A stretch of 64,000 nt of DNA, from assembly GCA_003142295.1 (NCBI GenBank), contig PLLV01000101.1, positions 9,781 to 73,780 of the forward strand, given 5' to 3'. Origin of the DNA: Syntrophaceae bacterium. Lineage in GTDB: Bacteria > Desulfobacterota > Syntrophia > Syntrophales > UBA2185. The first letter of the stretch is position 1; each line of letters begins with the position of its first letter. The notes under the pieces were generated by a model, which was not told the origin of the DNA, did no database searches, and worked only from the letters and a program-made list of their open reading frames with translations. The position numbers were made by a program, and so were the translations under genes. This document shows, one piece after another, positions 20,382 through 30,359 of the stretch.

Positions 20382-22292
20382 ATGAAGCATTTCATCATAG
20401 GCACAGCCGGCCATGTCGATCATGGCAAGACTGCCCTTATCAAGGCTATCACCGGTATCGATACGGACAGGCTCAAAGAAGAGAAGGAGCGAGGGATCAG
20501 CATTGAACTTGGCTTTGCCTCTCTAACTCTTCCAAACGGTCTAACATTCGGTATTGTGGACGTTCCCGGCCATGAAAGATTCATAAGAAATATGGTATCC
20601 GGCGCCTCCGGCATCGATATGGTGATTATGGTAATCGCGGCAGACGAGGGTGTCATGCCCCAGACGAGGGAACATCTGCATATCTGTTCACTCCTCGGCA
20701 TTAAGAAAGGTCTCGTTGCCCTTACCAAGGTCGATATGGTAGCAGAGGAATGGCTCGATCTTGTGAATGACGATGTCCATGAATTCTTGAAAGAGACTTT
20801 TCTGGAGGCAGCTCCTGTTATACCTGTCTCCTCAATCACAGGTGCAGGGATCGAGGAATTGCTGGACGCGCTCGGTAGAGTGGCGTCGGAGATAGAGGGA
20901 GAATCGGATGCGGGTATCTTCCGGTTGCCTGTCGATAGGGTATTTACCATGAAGGGATTCGGGACAGTCGTCACAGGAACCCTGATTTCCGGAGATATAA
21001 AGTTGGGCGAAGAGGTGGAAATACTGCCGCCGGGAGTCACTGCCAAGGTGCGGGGCATACAGATCCATAATCAGAGCGCAACCATTGCTGAGGCAGGCCA
21101 GCGGACTGCCATAAATCTGCAGGGTGTTGAAAAGGATACAATCGTCAGAGGAGATGTACTCGCCAGGCCTCGGACTCTTAAGCCCTCGATCCGCCTGGAC
21201 GTGTGCATGGAGTATTTGTCAAATAACAATAGGAGACTGAAAAACAGGAACCTGGTGCGGTTTCATGTGGGAACGAATGAAGTAATCGGCAGGATAATAC
21301 TCCTGGACCGTGAAGACGTGGAACCTGGAGCTAAGGCTTCTGCACAAGTAGTCCTTGAGTCTCCCATTGTTGCAATGGCAAGAGACAGGTTCGTCATCAG
21401 GAGCTACTCGCCTGTAACGACAATCGGTGGCGGGATGATCGTTGACCCTTTGCCTAAAAAGCATAAGAGAAATTCTGAAAAGGTAAATCATGAAATTGAT
21501 CTCCTGCATGATGGTACTGATACAGAGAGGGCGGCGATTATTATTGAGCGGTCAGGAATTGAGGGCATTGGTATATCTGAGCTGGAAATGAGAACGGGAA
21601 TTCATCAAAATATCCTTAAGGACATTCTCGGAACTCTGTCTTCAAGGAAGCAGGTCGTCGTTTTGGATGTTGATGAATCCAGGATCATATCTTCCTCCAT
21701 TTATCAAAACCTCCAGGGCAGGATTCTCCTGGAAATGCGGGCGTATCATGAGAGATATCCTCTGAAGGAAGGTATTTCGAAAGAAGAGTTGAGGAGTACA
21801 GCAGGACAGTTCGCCAGACCAAGGCTCTTTAATATGGCTGTCAGAGAGCTTGAAAAGAGAGGGGAAATAGTCGTCGAGAGGGAGAACATTCGCCTGTCGG
21901 GGCACCGTGTGGATCTGAAGGGAGAGCTGGAGGATATGCGAAGCAAGATTGCTCAGACCTATATAGATGCAGGGCTTACCCCTCCTTCAATCAAGGAGCT
22001 TATGGAAAAATTTGCGAGCCAAAGAAGCTTGGCAGAAAGTGTCATCAATGTGATGCTCAAAGAAGGTTCTCTGATAAAGATAAATGAAGATCTCTACTTT
22101 CATAAAGAAGTCTTAACGAGGCTGCGGGAAGATTATAAGAGCCTTCTTGTGAGGGATGGAAAGGCTACACCGGCAAGTATGAAAGAGTTGACAGGTCTTT
22201 CAAGAAAATTCATCATACCGTTGATGGAGTACTTTGACATAACAAAGCTGACTATCAGGGCGGGTGATCATCGCATCTTGAGAGAGAAGTGA
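20382..22292 (+). CDS. selB: Selenocysteine-specific translation elongation factor SelB
   Basis: Contains [16 protein letters not shown] and TKVD GTPase motifs. The long winged-helix C-terminal extension gives 636 aa in total. Confidence 0.93.
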   Translation: MKHFIIGTAGHVDHGKTALIKAITGIDTDRLKEEKERGISIELGFASLTLPNGLTFGIVDVPGHERFIRNMVSGASGIDMVIMVIAADEGVMPQTREHLHICSLLGIKKGLVALTKVDMVAEEWLDLVNDDVHEFLKETFLEAAPVIPVSSITGAGIEELLDALGRVASEIEGESDAGIFRLPVDRVFTMKGFGTVVTGTLISGDIKLGEEVEILPPGVTAKVRGIQIHNQSATIAEAGQRTAINLQGVEKDTIVRGDVLARPRTLKPSIRLDVCMEYLSNNNRRLKNRNLVRFHVGTNEVIGRIILLDREDVEPGAKASAQVVLESPIVAMARDRFVIRSYSPVTTIGGGMIVDPLPKKHKRNSEKVNHEIDLLHDGTDTERAAIIIERSGIEGIGISELEMRTGIHQNILKDILGTLSSRKQVVVLDVDESRIISSSIYQNLQGRILLEMRAYHERYPLKEGISKEELRSTAGQFARPRLFNMAVRELEKRGEIVVERENIRLSGHRVDLKGELEDMRSKIAQTYIDAGLTPPSIKELMEKFASQRSLAESVINVMLKEGSLIKINEDLYFHKEVLTRLREDYKSLLVRDGKATPASMKELTGLSRKFIIPLMEYFDITKLTIRAGDHRILREK

Positions 22293-22324
22293 GTAAATGG
22301 CGATAAGTAACGGCAGGTGCGAAT

Positions 22325-23272
22325 ATGAAGAGTAAGAGTGTTTATATCAAGGATATAAAGCCGGGTGAGAAAGTAAACGAGTCATTTCTTGTGACGGAGA
22401 AGAATCTTGCTTTTTCTCAGAAGGGAACTCCTTATCTGAACGTTCGTCTTAAGGATAAGACGGGGGAGGTTGACGGAAAGATCTGGGAGAACGCGATTGA
22501 GTTGGACAAACTCTTCCGCAAAGGGGATGTGATAAAGGCACAGGGAGGAGCAGTCAGTTTCAGAAGCACCGTTCAACTTTCCATAACGGGTGTCAGGAAG
22601 GTTGATGACTCTGCCGTCGACCTGGCCGAATATCTGCCTGTTGCAAAAGGAGACATCGATGCGATGTTTGCCGATCTAATGGCCTTTGTCGAGCAAATCG
22701 AAACACCCTGCTTGAGGCAGCTGTTACACTTATTTTTCCATGACGGGGAGGTGGCGAAATTGTTCAAGAAGGCCCCTGCTGCAAAAGGTTTTCATCATGT
22801 TTACATCGGAGGTCTCCTCGAACATACCCTCTCAGTCATACGCCTGCTCGATCAGGTAACTAAGCATTACCAGGGCATCAACAGGGACCTTGTCATATCC
22901 GGGGGGATCCTTCATGATATAGGTAAGATTTATGAATATACCTACGACAGGATGTTTGACTACAGCGATGAGGGCAGACTGATTGGGCATATCGTGATTG
23001 GTCTGGAGATGCTCGATGCCAGGATTGCCGCCGTAGAAGGTTTTCCGGAGCAACTCGCCATGGAGCTCCGCCATCTGATATTGAGCCATCACGGCACTCA
23101 GGAATTCGGTTCGCCAAAGCGTCCGAAGACGCCGGAGGCATTAATCGTGCATTTTATTGATGATCTTGATGCCAAGGTCAATGCCTTCCAGGAATTCGTC
23201 AAGGAATCCGATGACGATTCGCACTGGACCCCCTTCCACAAGTTGCTTGAAAGGTTCATCTATAAGGGCTGA
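22325..23272 (+). CDS. OB-fold + HD-domain 3'-5' exoribonuclease, YhaM-like
   Basis: It has an N-terminal OB fold (YLNVRLKDKTGEVDGKIW) and an HD domain (GGLLEHTL, ILHDIGK, ILSHHG). Confidence 0.8.
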   Translation: MKSKSVYIKDIKPGEKVNESFLVTEKNLAFSQKGTPYLNVRLKDKTGEVDGKIWENAIELDKLFRKGDVIKAQGGAVSFRSTVQLSITGVRKVDDSAVDLAEYLPVAKGDIDAMFADLMAFVEQIETPCLRQLLHLFFHDGEVAKLFKKAPAAKGFHHVYIGGLLEHTLSVIRLLDQVTKHYQGINRDLVISGGILHDIGKIYEYTYDRMFDYSDEGRLIGHIVIGLEMLDARIAAVEGFPEQLAMELRHLILSHHGTQEFGSPKRPKTPEALIVHFIDDLDAKVNAFQEFVKESDDDSHWTPFHKLLERFIYKG

Positions 23273-23303
23273 CGACATCTCTGATAGAGTGTTCATTGTT
23301 TTG

Positions 23304-24275
23304 TTAAACTCGTCGGTTTTTTTGCATCACGGACTTCTGCTCGCTTTCAGGCAGCAGGCATCCGGATAGACAATCGCCACTGCATGTGCCGTCGCAGGGT
23401 TCGATGTGAACTGTGACATTGGTATTGGGGAAGTGACTTTCTATGCTTCCGGATAACTCATCGGTGATGCGGTGTGAGTCCTCGACAGACATGGCAGGAT
23501 CAACTTTAATATGGAAGTCAACGAAGCGGGAATTTCCCGCCTTGCGTGTGCGCAATTGATGAAAGCCATGGATAACAGGCTGGCGTGTCATTATCAGCTG
23601 GCGGATCCAGGTCTCCTCGTCTGCGGGAAGCTTTACATCCATCAGATCCTGCGCTGATTGGAGCGTCAGTCTGTAGGCAGTCCCCGTAATCAACAAGGCG
23701 ACCGCGATCGCAGCGACAGGGTCCAGCCAGTAAAGATTGGTGCCAGGCGAAATACGGTGACCCATCCAGATCAGGGCAAGGCTTGCCATCACGCCGCAAG
23801 ATGTATAAACGTCGGTGCGCAGATGCCAGGCATCAACCTCCAGTGCAACGGAGTCTGTCTCTTTTGCCACTTTGAAAAGCATTTTCGATACGACTATATT
23901 AACCAGAGCTGAAATTAACATCACCCCGACACCCCAACTGACGTATTCAATCGGCTCCGGATTCAGGAGTTTCCCGATGGCCTCGTAGATGATCCAGACG
24001 GCCGCCAGAAAGATGAGCAGCGCCTCGATAGTGCCGGAAATGTTTTCGGCTTTTCCATGGCCAAAGGGATGCTTGACATCGGCAGGGATACCGGATTTGC
24101 TGACGGAGAATGTCGTGATGAGGGAAGCCAGAAGGTCTACTCCGGAATGGATCGCTTCAGACATGATAGACACCGATCCAATCGTCAGCCCGACGGCGAT
24201 CTTCATGACTACAAGAGCGGTATTTGACAGCACGGAAAGCCGTGCAGCATTTACTTTGCGATACTGCAGATCCAT
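23304..24275 (-). CDS. Cation diffusion facilitator (FieF/MMT1-like) transporter with Cys-rich C-terminal tail
   Basis: It has six TM segments, the motifs SEAIHSGVDLL and HPFGHGKAE, and a cytoplasmic CTD. The tail reads HIEPCDGTCSGDCLSGCLLPE. Confidence 0.88.
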   Translation of the reverse strand: MDLQYRKVNAARLSVLSNTALVVMKIAVGLTIGSVSIMSEAIHSGVDLLASLITTFSVSKSGIPADVKHPFGHGKAENISGTIEALLIFLAAVWIIYEAIGKLLNPEPIEYVSWGVGVMLISALVNIVVSKMLFKVAKETDSVALEVDAWHLRTDVYTSCGVMASLALIWMGHRISPGTNLYWLDPVAAIAVALLITGTAYRLTLQSAQDLMDVKLPADEETWIRQLIMTRQPVIHGFHQLRTRKAGNSRFVDFHIKVDPAMSVEDSHRITDELSGSIESHFPNTNVTVHIEPCDGTCSGDCLSGCLLPESEQKSVMQKNRRV

Positions 24276-24320
24276 ATGATAAATATGTTTAAGATGAATG
24301 GAGACGTTATGCTTTTCATT

Positions 24321-25469
24321 TCAGTAACGAAATACAGCCGCGATTGGTTTATCATCAGGCATTTTTTCCTGAGGAAGCGAAAAAACAGTGCCGCCATTCA
24401 ACAGAGTCTGGATTGCAGAAAAATCTAAAAGATCCTCACTGCCAGGCTCCATCTTTTGCTGTAATTGCACATCCTTCGATTCCGGGTCAAAAATACCCCA
24501 TTGCTGGTGACCTGTGGCGACAAAGAGCAAGCCAACCCGCCCATCGCACGCGGCACGGATAATTTCTTTAATGTCACTGGAAGTTAATCCCGTACCGGAA
24601 GATTGCCGGTATTGGGCGATTGCGTCATTTTCAGCTTTTTGAAAATAAGGTCTTACAATCTCCAATGCCAGTTTATGCAATTGTTCTGTGCTTATTCCTT
24701 TGGGATTTCCGGGAATCCCATCTTCCATAAGATAAGGATACGTATTCACTTCTCTGTAAATCGGGAATAGATAATCGACGCCGGCAAGCACCAGAGGTAC
24801 CCGTTCATCTCTCAGGAGGTCATGTAAGCCCCTGTCGATCTGGCGGAAATATTTTGAAATGTCCTCCTTTACATCATAGAGTTCGGCTCCGCCCGACGAA
24901 ATCGTAGATCCGCGTTCACCGCCCATTGGCGCTCCTCTATAGACGCGGATTTGTTTTTCCAGCTCATCATACTGGAGGGCCTCGGCAAGACTCTTGGGAA
25001 TTGTTCCAAGTTCGATTTCTCTGATGTTCTGTTTTGTGCCTTCATAAAGGCGGCTCCCTTTTTGGCTCAGGGTTAAAATGTAGTAACGCCCATCGCCGCT
25101 CAGTGCTGGCAGAAGAGGTTTGACGTGAAAACGGTCAGCGACGACTATCAGTTCATCAAGATTTATGGGCAGTAGGTAATAACGGAATATATCGGCAGAT
25201 AGAAATATGGCGAGACCTCCGCTTTGTTGCCGCCAGAAAAGGACGTTACCCAAGAGTCCCTGAGCAGGTTCGAGCAATGCCTTTGCCTCTGGGGAGCGGT
25301 GCCCATTGGCGACCAGTTTTTCCTCAGCTTCACGAAGCAGATTTCTGAATCTAATTTGATTTTGCTGGATTTCAGCGCCAGCACGATAGGCGGGCATAAA
25401 CAGTGAAATGCAAGGACCGTTCTGTTTGCTCATCAAAGTTTTCAGTTCATCCTTCGATAATGATTTCAT
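24321..25469 (-). CDS. Hypothetical protein, probably baeRF family (bacterial archaeo-eukaryotic release-factor-like fold)
   Basis: The 382-aa product contains GPCISLFMPAYRAGAEIQQNQIRFRNLLREAE, VADRFHVKPLLP, the Gly-rich loop YRGAPMGGERGSTISSGGAE and the C-terminal AAVFRY. This resembles my memory of the baeRF family consensus. It has not been HMM-checked. Confidence 0.5.
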   Translation of the reverse strand: MKSLSKDELKTLMSKQNGPCISLFMPAYRAGAEIQQNQIRFRNLLREAEEKLVANGHRSPEAKALLEPAQGLLGNVLFWRQQSGGLAIFLSADIFRYYLLPINLDELIVVADRFHVKPLLPALSGDGRYYILTLSQKGSRLYEGTKQNIREIELGTIPKSLAEALQYDELEKQIRVYRGAPMGGERGSTISSGGAELYDVKEDISKYFRQIDRGLHDLLRDERVPLVLAGVDYLFPIYREVNTYPYLMEDGIPGNPKGISTEQLHKLALEIVRPYFQKAENDAIAQYRQSSGTGLTSSDIKEIIRAACDGRVGLLFVATGHQQWGIFDPESKDVQLQQKMEPGSEDLLDFSAIQTLLNGGTVFSLPQEKMPDDKPIAAVFRY

Positions 25470-25634
25470 AGATCTATCTCCTTTAATAAAAAACTATTTC
25501 TTGTCATGACGGATAAAAGGAATCTCGAAAGATAGAGCACGTGAGTTTTCCCGTTGACGGTACCGCGCCTCTGCGCCGGAGCGGAAATTCTTGATCCCGA
25601 ATAAAAAAATCCATACAAGGGCCAGTACCCGGGG

Positions 25635-26204
25635 CTAAAAAAATGTCTCGGCCTGGCAAAGTGCATCTCTTGATTCTTTTTTGTTCATGGAAAGGGCATC
25701 ACTGGCAGCTTTAATGAACTCTTCTGCGAGTTCGTGATAATCACATTCTACAACACCTGCATATATGGTGATGTTCCCTATTTTCTCCTTTTCCAGCCTC
25801 TTATAAATGCTTCGGGCGACATTATCCGCCTGAAGTTTGTTTACTTCCGGGAGTATGATGACTAATCGATCTTCACCATAGCGGAAGGGAATGTCAATCT
25901 CATGTCTTATGCATGAGGTTATGACTTTGGATGTCAACTTCAATTGCTTATGCCCATCGGGGTTTTTTGCTGTATTATCGTCTTTTCCAATACAGCCGGC
26001 TTCCATCATTATCAACGAAAGGCATTTGTCAGATCGTCTTGCCCTCGCCATTTCCGCATCCAGCCTGAGATAAAAATATCGCTCGTTATAAAAGCCTGTT
26101 ACGTGATCAGCAACAGGGCGGTCTGTAAGCTCTTTACTCCTTCTCGTGATTTCCTCCCTTTTCACCTGTTCCAGTACATTCCGCATTGTTTCCGGATAGC
26201 CCAT
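25635..26204 (-). CDS. Stand-alone degenerate GGDEF-domain protein
   Basis: The 189-aa product contains DHVTGFYNERYF, which is typical of a GGDEF N-terminus. The active site reads RYGEDRL instead of RxGG(D/E)EF, and the I-site position reads HEID instead of RxxD. Confidence 0.75.
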   Translation of the reverse strand: MGYPETMRNVLEQVKREEITRRSKELTDRPVADHVTGFYNERYFYLRLDAEMARARRSDKCLSLIMMEAGCIGKDDNTAKNPDGHKQLKLTSKVITSCIRHEIDIPFRYGEDRLVIILPEVNKLQADNVARSIYKRLEKEKIGNITIYAGVVECDYHELAEEFIKAASDALSMNKKESRDALCQAETFF

Positions 26205-26591
26205 GCTGCGACTCCGCGATTAATATGCTTTAATTATTACCTATTTCTGACTAATATGCAATGTCTAATAAATATCGCAGTCGGTTCTTTGATACCCGAA
26301 AGACCCACTAGATTACCACTCGACAATCTCTCTTTGGCATGCAATTCCGAGCGGTCGTTGAATGTTTTCCTGATGGGGAGGAAGCGATAGGCCGGATTGA
26401 ATCTCCCGGGAGAATCTTCGATCTTTGAGGGAAGGTGTCGTTATACAATCGCTCGCTTACCTTCGAGCAAGCTGCGGGTGATGCCTTGCTGCCTGAGCTA
26501 AGCGAAAACAATTAAAACTTAGATTATTATTCTCTCAAGCGAGACCCTGTATACGTTAATTTCATTGGCTGTGTCGCTTTTGAATAATTCA

Positions 26592-26620
26592 TTTCTTAAC
26601 GTAGCAGCTCAAGGTATAAT
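26592..26620 (+). promoter_or_regulatory. Candidate sigma70 promoter for epmB-efp-epmA
   Basis: There is a perfect TATAAT at 26615..26620. The -35 is weak (ttctta/tttctt, 16-17 nt upstream). The site lies about 158 nt upstream of the epmB ATG. Confidence 0.3.
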
Positions 26621-26778
26621 GCAAGGATAGAAAATATTTTTCGGGTGCTGATTCTCAAACATGTATCTTCAGGTGACAACTTTCGGGAATCTAATTTGTA
26701 ATAATCAATGTTTGATGCTATAAAATTAAATAATGGAAGGCAACTTTTCAATAAACTCTATTTGAAGCATTGTAAACC

Positions 26779-27888
26779 ATGGAATCGAGAAACCGTACCA
26801 TCTCCATAAGCCCGTGGCGAGGAGTCTCGTCGAAGGAGTGGCATGACTGGGAGTGGCAATACAGGAATCGCATACGTACTGTTCGTCAATTGGCCGCAGT
26901 CCTCAAGAAGACACCGGCGGCCCTCAAGAAATATCAAACCGTGGCAAGGTCTTATCCCTTTAGCTTCACTCCGTATTATTTTTCTCTAATGAATGCAGCG
27001 GATGATAACGACCCCCTTCGTCGTCAGTGTTTTCCTGATGAAAGGGAGATAAATTTTTCGCTCGGGGGTGTGGCCGACCCTCTAGAAGAAGAACGGGACA
27101 TGCCTGTTTCAGGGCTCGTGCATCGTTATCGTGATCGCTGCGTCGCAATCGTCACGCATATGTGTGCAACATATTGCCGGCACTGCAATCGCAAGCGAAT
27201 ATGGAGGAAAGGCGGGATCGAAGAAACCAGAGGGTACATGGAACGCATGGTTGATTATGTGTCCAAGACGAAGCATATTCGAGAAGTCATCGTTTCGGGA
27301 GGTGATCCACTCACCATGAAAGACGGTATCCTTGATTGGTTTCTCGGATCATTACGTTCTATTCCCCATGTGGAGGTGCTGCGTATAGGAAGCCGCGTTC
27401 CCGTAGTCATGCCCATGAGGATTACTCGTAAACTGTGTGACACGTTGCGCAAGCATCGTCCTCTTTGGTTCAATACGCAATTCAATCATCCGAATGAAAT
27501 TACACCGGAAGCGGCTCATGCCTGTGAAATGATACTGGAGGCGGGAATCCCCGTATCAAATCAATCCGTCCTGCTTCGGGGTATCAACGATAACTACGAA
27601 ACCCTGCGGGACCTTTTCTATGGCCTTCAACGGATATCTGTCAGGCCTTATTATTTGTTTCAATGTGATCCGGTAAAAGGTACGGATCATTTTCGCACCG
27701 AAGTACGGTCAGGAATAAAAATCATGGAGAAAATATGGGGAAATATATCAGGGCTTTGTGTGCCGCAATATGTATTTGATATCCCGGGGGGCAAGGGGAA
27801 ATGTCCTCTTTATCCCGGGTCTCCTTTTCGCACAATGGCTCGTGAGACAGGCGAATATATTTTTGACAGGACAGGAGAAGTGAATTAG
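26779..27888 (+). CDS. epmB: KamA-family radical SAM lysine 2,3-aminomutase (EF-P beta-lysine synthesis, EpmB)
   Basis: Contains CATYCRHCNRK (CxxxCxxC) and KamA-like motifs (VSGGDPL, YLFQCD). It lies directly upstream of efp and epmA. Confidence 0.88.
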   Translation: MESRNRTISISPWRGVSSKEWHDWEWQYRNRIRTVRQLAAVLKKTPAALKKYQTVARSYPFSFTPYYFSLMNAADDNDPLRRQCFPDEREINFSLGGVADPLEEERDMPVSGLVHRYRDRCVAIVTHMCATYCRHCNRKRIWRKGGIEETRGYMERMVDYVSKTKHIREVIVSGGDPLTMKDGILDWFLGSLRSIPHVEVLRIGSRVPVVMPMRITRKLCDTLRKHRPLWFNTQFNHPNEITPEAAHACEMILEAGIPVSNQSVLLRGINDNYETLRDLFYGLQRISVRPYYLFQCDPVKGTDHFRTEVRSGIKIMEKIWGNISGLCVPQYVFDIPGGKGKCPLYPGSPFRTMARETGEYIFDRTGEVN

Positions 27889-27927
27889 TAAGTCCATGAT
27901 TTAGAATGAAAGGAGAGAAGATGTTAC

Positions 27928-28491
27928 ATGTATAGTGCAAGTGATTTGAAGAAAGGTTTGCGGATCAAGATTGACAATGAGCCTTATATCGTTACCGAGT
28001 TCAACTTTGTCAAACCAGGAAAGGGCCAGGCTCTATACAGGTCTAAATTACGCAATATGATTACGGGAGCACAGTTTGAACGGACATTCCGTTCCGTGGA
28101 TACTTTCGAACCGGCGGATCTCCGGCAGGAAAAAATGCAGTACCTGTATCAGGAACAGGGGAAGTACTGCTTCATGGATAGCGAAAGTTATGAACAGGTC
28201 TTTCTCACTGAAGATCAAGTCGGGGAGGCGAAAAATTTCCTTATTGATAACCTGGAGGCAGAAATCCTCTTTTTCGAGGATAAGCCTCTTGAAGTGAGCC
28301 TGCCGAATTTTGTTGATCTTGTCGTCATACGAGCTGACCCATGGGCCAAGGGTGATTCGGTATCAGGCAAGACTAAGCCAGTAACCCTGCAAACAGGTTA
28401 TCAGATTCAGGTTCCTCCTTTTGTTGAAGAAGGTGAGAAGATCAGAGTCGATACACGAAGCGGCGAATATCTTACAAGGGTCAAGGATTGA
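27928..28491 (+). CDS. efp: Translation elongation factor P
   Basis: The 187-aa product contains YIVTEFNFVKPGKGQALYRSKLRN, i.e. the modifiable Lys in the PGKG loop. Confidence 0.96.
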   Translation: MYSASDLKKGLRIKIDNEPYIVTEFNFVKPGKGQALYRSKLRNMITGAQFERTFRSVDTFEPADLRQEKMQYLYQEQGKYCFMDSESYEQVFLTEDQVGEAKNFLIDNLEAEILFFEDKPLEVSLPNFVDLVVIRADPWAKGDSVSGKTKPVTLQTGYQIQVPPFVEEGEKIRVDTRSGEYLTRVKD

Positions 28492-28498
28492 AACTCCT

Positions 28499-29422
28499 AT
28501 GGAACAAGACGGGAGACTGGCAAAGAAGCGGGAAACTCTATGGAAGCGTGCCAGGATGATCCATGCGATCCGCGATTTTTTTACGAGCAGGGATTATTTG
28601 GAGGTGGAGACTCCCCATTTGATTCCGGCACTGATTCCAGAAACCCATATTGATGCCATCTCGTGTGGCGATTGGTTTTTGCACACATCTCCCGAGCTTC
28701 ATATGAAGCGACTTCTTGCGGCGGGTTATCCAAGGATATTTCAAATCTGCAAGTGTTTCCGTGACGGCGAACGAGGTTCATGCCATCTCCCTGAGTTTAC
28801 CATGCTGGAATGGTATTGCCGGGGCATGGACTATCGCAAGCTCATGAAAGAATGTGAGGAACTGATTGTCTCTGTGGCCGGTGATCTCGGTCATGGGGAT
28901 GTAATTAACTACCAGGGCAGGGCAATAGGGTTGCAAAGACCGTGGGAGAGTATATCTGTAAGAGAGGCTTTTGCCTGCTATGCACCGATATCAATGGATA
29001 AAGCTGTAACGGAAAATTGCTTCGATGAGATCATGGTCTCCTCTATCGAACCTCGCTTGGGGCTCACGCAGCCCACCTTCATCTATGATTATCCGGTTTC
29101 TGGGTCAGCCCTGGCGAAACAGAAGAAGGATGATTTCGTATTGGCCGAACGCTTTGAGTTGTACATGGGAGGGAAAGAGATAGCCAACGCATGTTCTGAG
29201 CTTACAGATCCGAAAGAACATCACAGACGATTTCTAAATATGAACAAATATCGTCATTCTATAGGTAAATCAATTTACCCCGTATCGGAGCGTTTTTTGC
29301 AGGATATTGCTGCCATGCCGCAGGCAGCGGGCATTGCCCTCGGCGTGGATCGATTGGCCATGATTTTTTGTGATTCATCTGCCATCGATTGCGTTGTATC
29401 TTTTGTACCGGAATTTTTGTAA
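28499..29422 (+). CDS. epmA: EF-P--(R)-beta-lysine ligase EpmA (PoxA/GenX, LysRS class II paralog)
   Basis: Contains RARMIHAIRDFF..YLEVETP and FRDGERGSCHLPEFTMLEWY. The track ORF starts at 28421 inside efp. The ATG at 28499 lies just after the efp stop. Confidence 0.88.
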   Translation: MEQDGRLAKKRETLWKRARMIHAIRDFFTSRDYLEVETPHLIPALIPETHIDAISCGDWFLHTSPELHMKRLLAAGYPRIFQICKCFRDGERGSCHLPEFTMLEWYCRGMDYRKLMKECEELIVSVAGDLGHGDVINYQGRAIGLQRPWESISVREAFACYAPISMDKAVTENCFDEIMVSSIEPRLGLTQPTFIYDYPVSGSALAKQKKDDFVLAERFELYMGGKEIANACSELTDPKEHHRRFLNMNKYRHSIGKSIYPVSERFLQDIAAMPQAAGIALGVDRLAMIFCDSSAIDCVVSFVPEFL

Positions 29423-29598
29423 TTATTCTTGCCAGTCAACTTTTTTGGTTTGGCGATTTTCAGAAATTTATTCTGCTCTTGAATGCTCGTTATCCTAAAT
29501 GTATTGACAAGGCTATTGTTTTCCATTACACGTAATGACCCATAATAAGTCGCAGACTCAAGGGTAATACAGCAAATAAGTGATTCAGGGGTGAAAAA

Positions 29599-30351
29599 GT
29601 GAAAGAGATTTCTTCTGTTGCTGCTGTTGGTCTTGGAGGACATTTTCATGGCAGTCTTCTCAAGATGATTCTTGATGCAGGACTGATGGTTCAGCTTGTC
29701 CTGCTGTTGCTTCTTGTCTTTTCTGTTGTGTCGTGGGCCATTATTTTGATGAAATACAGGAGCATCAAAAAAGTGAAAAGGGAAAATAATATGTTTTTGG
29801 ATACCTATATGAACAGCAATAAGCTCTCCGATATTTTCCCCGAAGCGAAAAAATACAAACATTCAACCATGGCTGAGGTATTTCAGGCTGGCTATACGGA
29901 ACTGGTGAAGATAACCAAGGTCATAAGGGGGTCGTCATCTCCCAAGGAATCCGATGAATCGACTCTGCTTCAACTGGAGATGAAGGGTATCGATAATGTT
30001 GAAAGGGCCCTGAACAGAGCATGCAGTTCTGAAGCAACAAGACTTGAAAGTACACTCAGTTTCCTGGCAACAACAGGGAGTGCATCGCCATTTATTGGAC
30101 TATTCGGAACAGTCTGGGGCATTATGGATACATTCAGGGGCATAGGCACAAGAGGCTCGGCAACCCTTGCTGTTGTGGCACCGGGCATTTCAGAGGCACT
30201 TATTGCCACTGCCGCCGGTCTTGCTGCTGCCATACCTGCTGTCATTTTCTACAACTATTATCTCAATGTTGTGAAGAACATGACCATGGAAATGGATAAT
30301 TTCGCTTCTGAAATACTAAATATCATTGAAAGAAATCATGTGAGAAAATAG
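29599..30351 (+). CDS. tolQ: Tol-Pal system protein TolQ (MotA/TolQ/ExbB channel family)
   Basis: It has three TM segments, contains LATTGSASPFIGLFGTVWGIM, and is followed by tolR. The start (GTG at 29599) is uncertain. Confidence 0.88.
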   Translation: MKEISSVAAVGLGGHFHGSLLKMILDAGLMVQLVLLLLLVFSVVSWAIILMKYRSIKKVKRENNMFLDTYMNSNKLSDIFPEAKKYKHSTMAEVFQAGYTELVKITKVIRGSSSPKESDESTLLQLEMKGIDNVERALNRACSSEATRLESTLSFLATTGSASPFIGLFGTVWGIMDTFRGIGTRGSATLAVVAPGISEALIATAAGLAAAIPAVIFYNYYLNVVKNMTMEMDNFASEILNIIERNHVRK

Positions 30352-30359
30352 AATTCCTT

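Noticed and set aside
25466-25666. A 66-aa minus-strand ORF between the GGDEF and baeRF-like genes.
   Set aside because: It overlaps both neighbours' ends, has no RBS and is Arg/Ser/Phe-rich. It is probably just intergenic sequence.
26308-26511. A 67-aa minus-strand ORF in the long GGDEF/epmB intergenic region.
   Set aside because: It has a TTG start without an RBS, and its Ser/Pro-rich composition is not convincing.
29275-29862. A 195-aa minus-strand ORF spanning the epmA 3' end and the tolQ 5' end.
   Set aside because: It overlaps two well-supported plus-strand genes and their intergenic region. It has no recognisable features.
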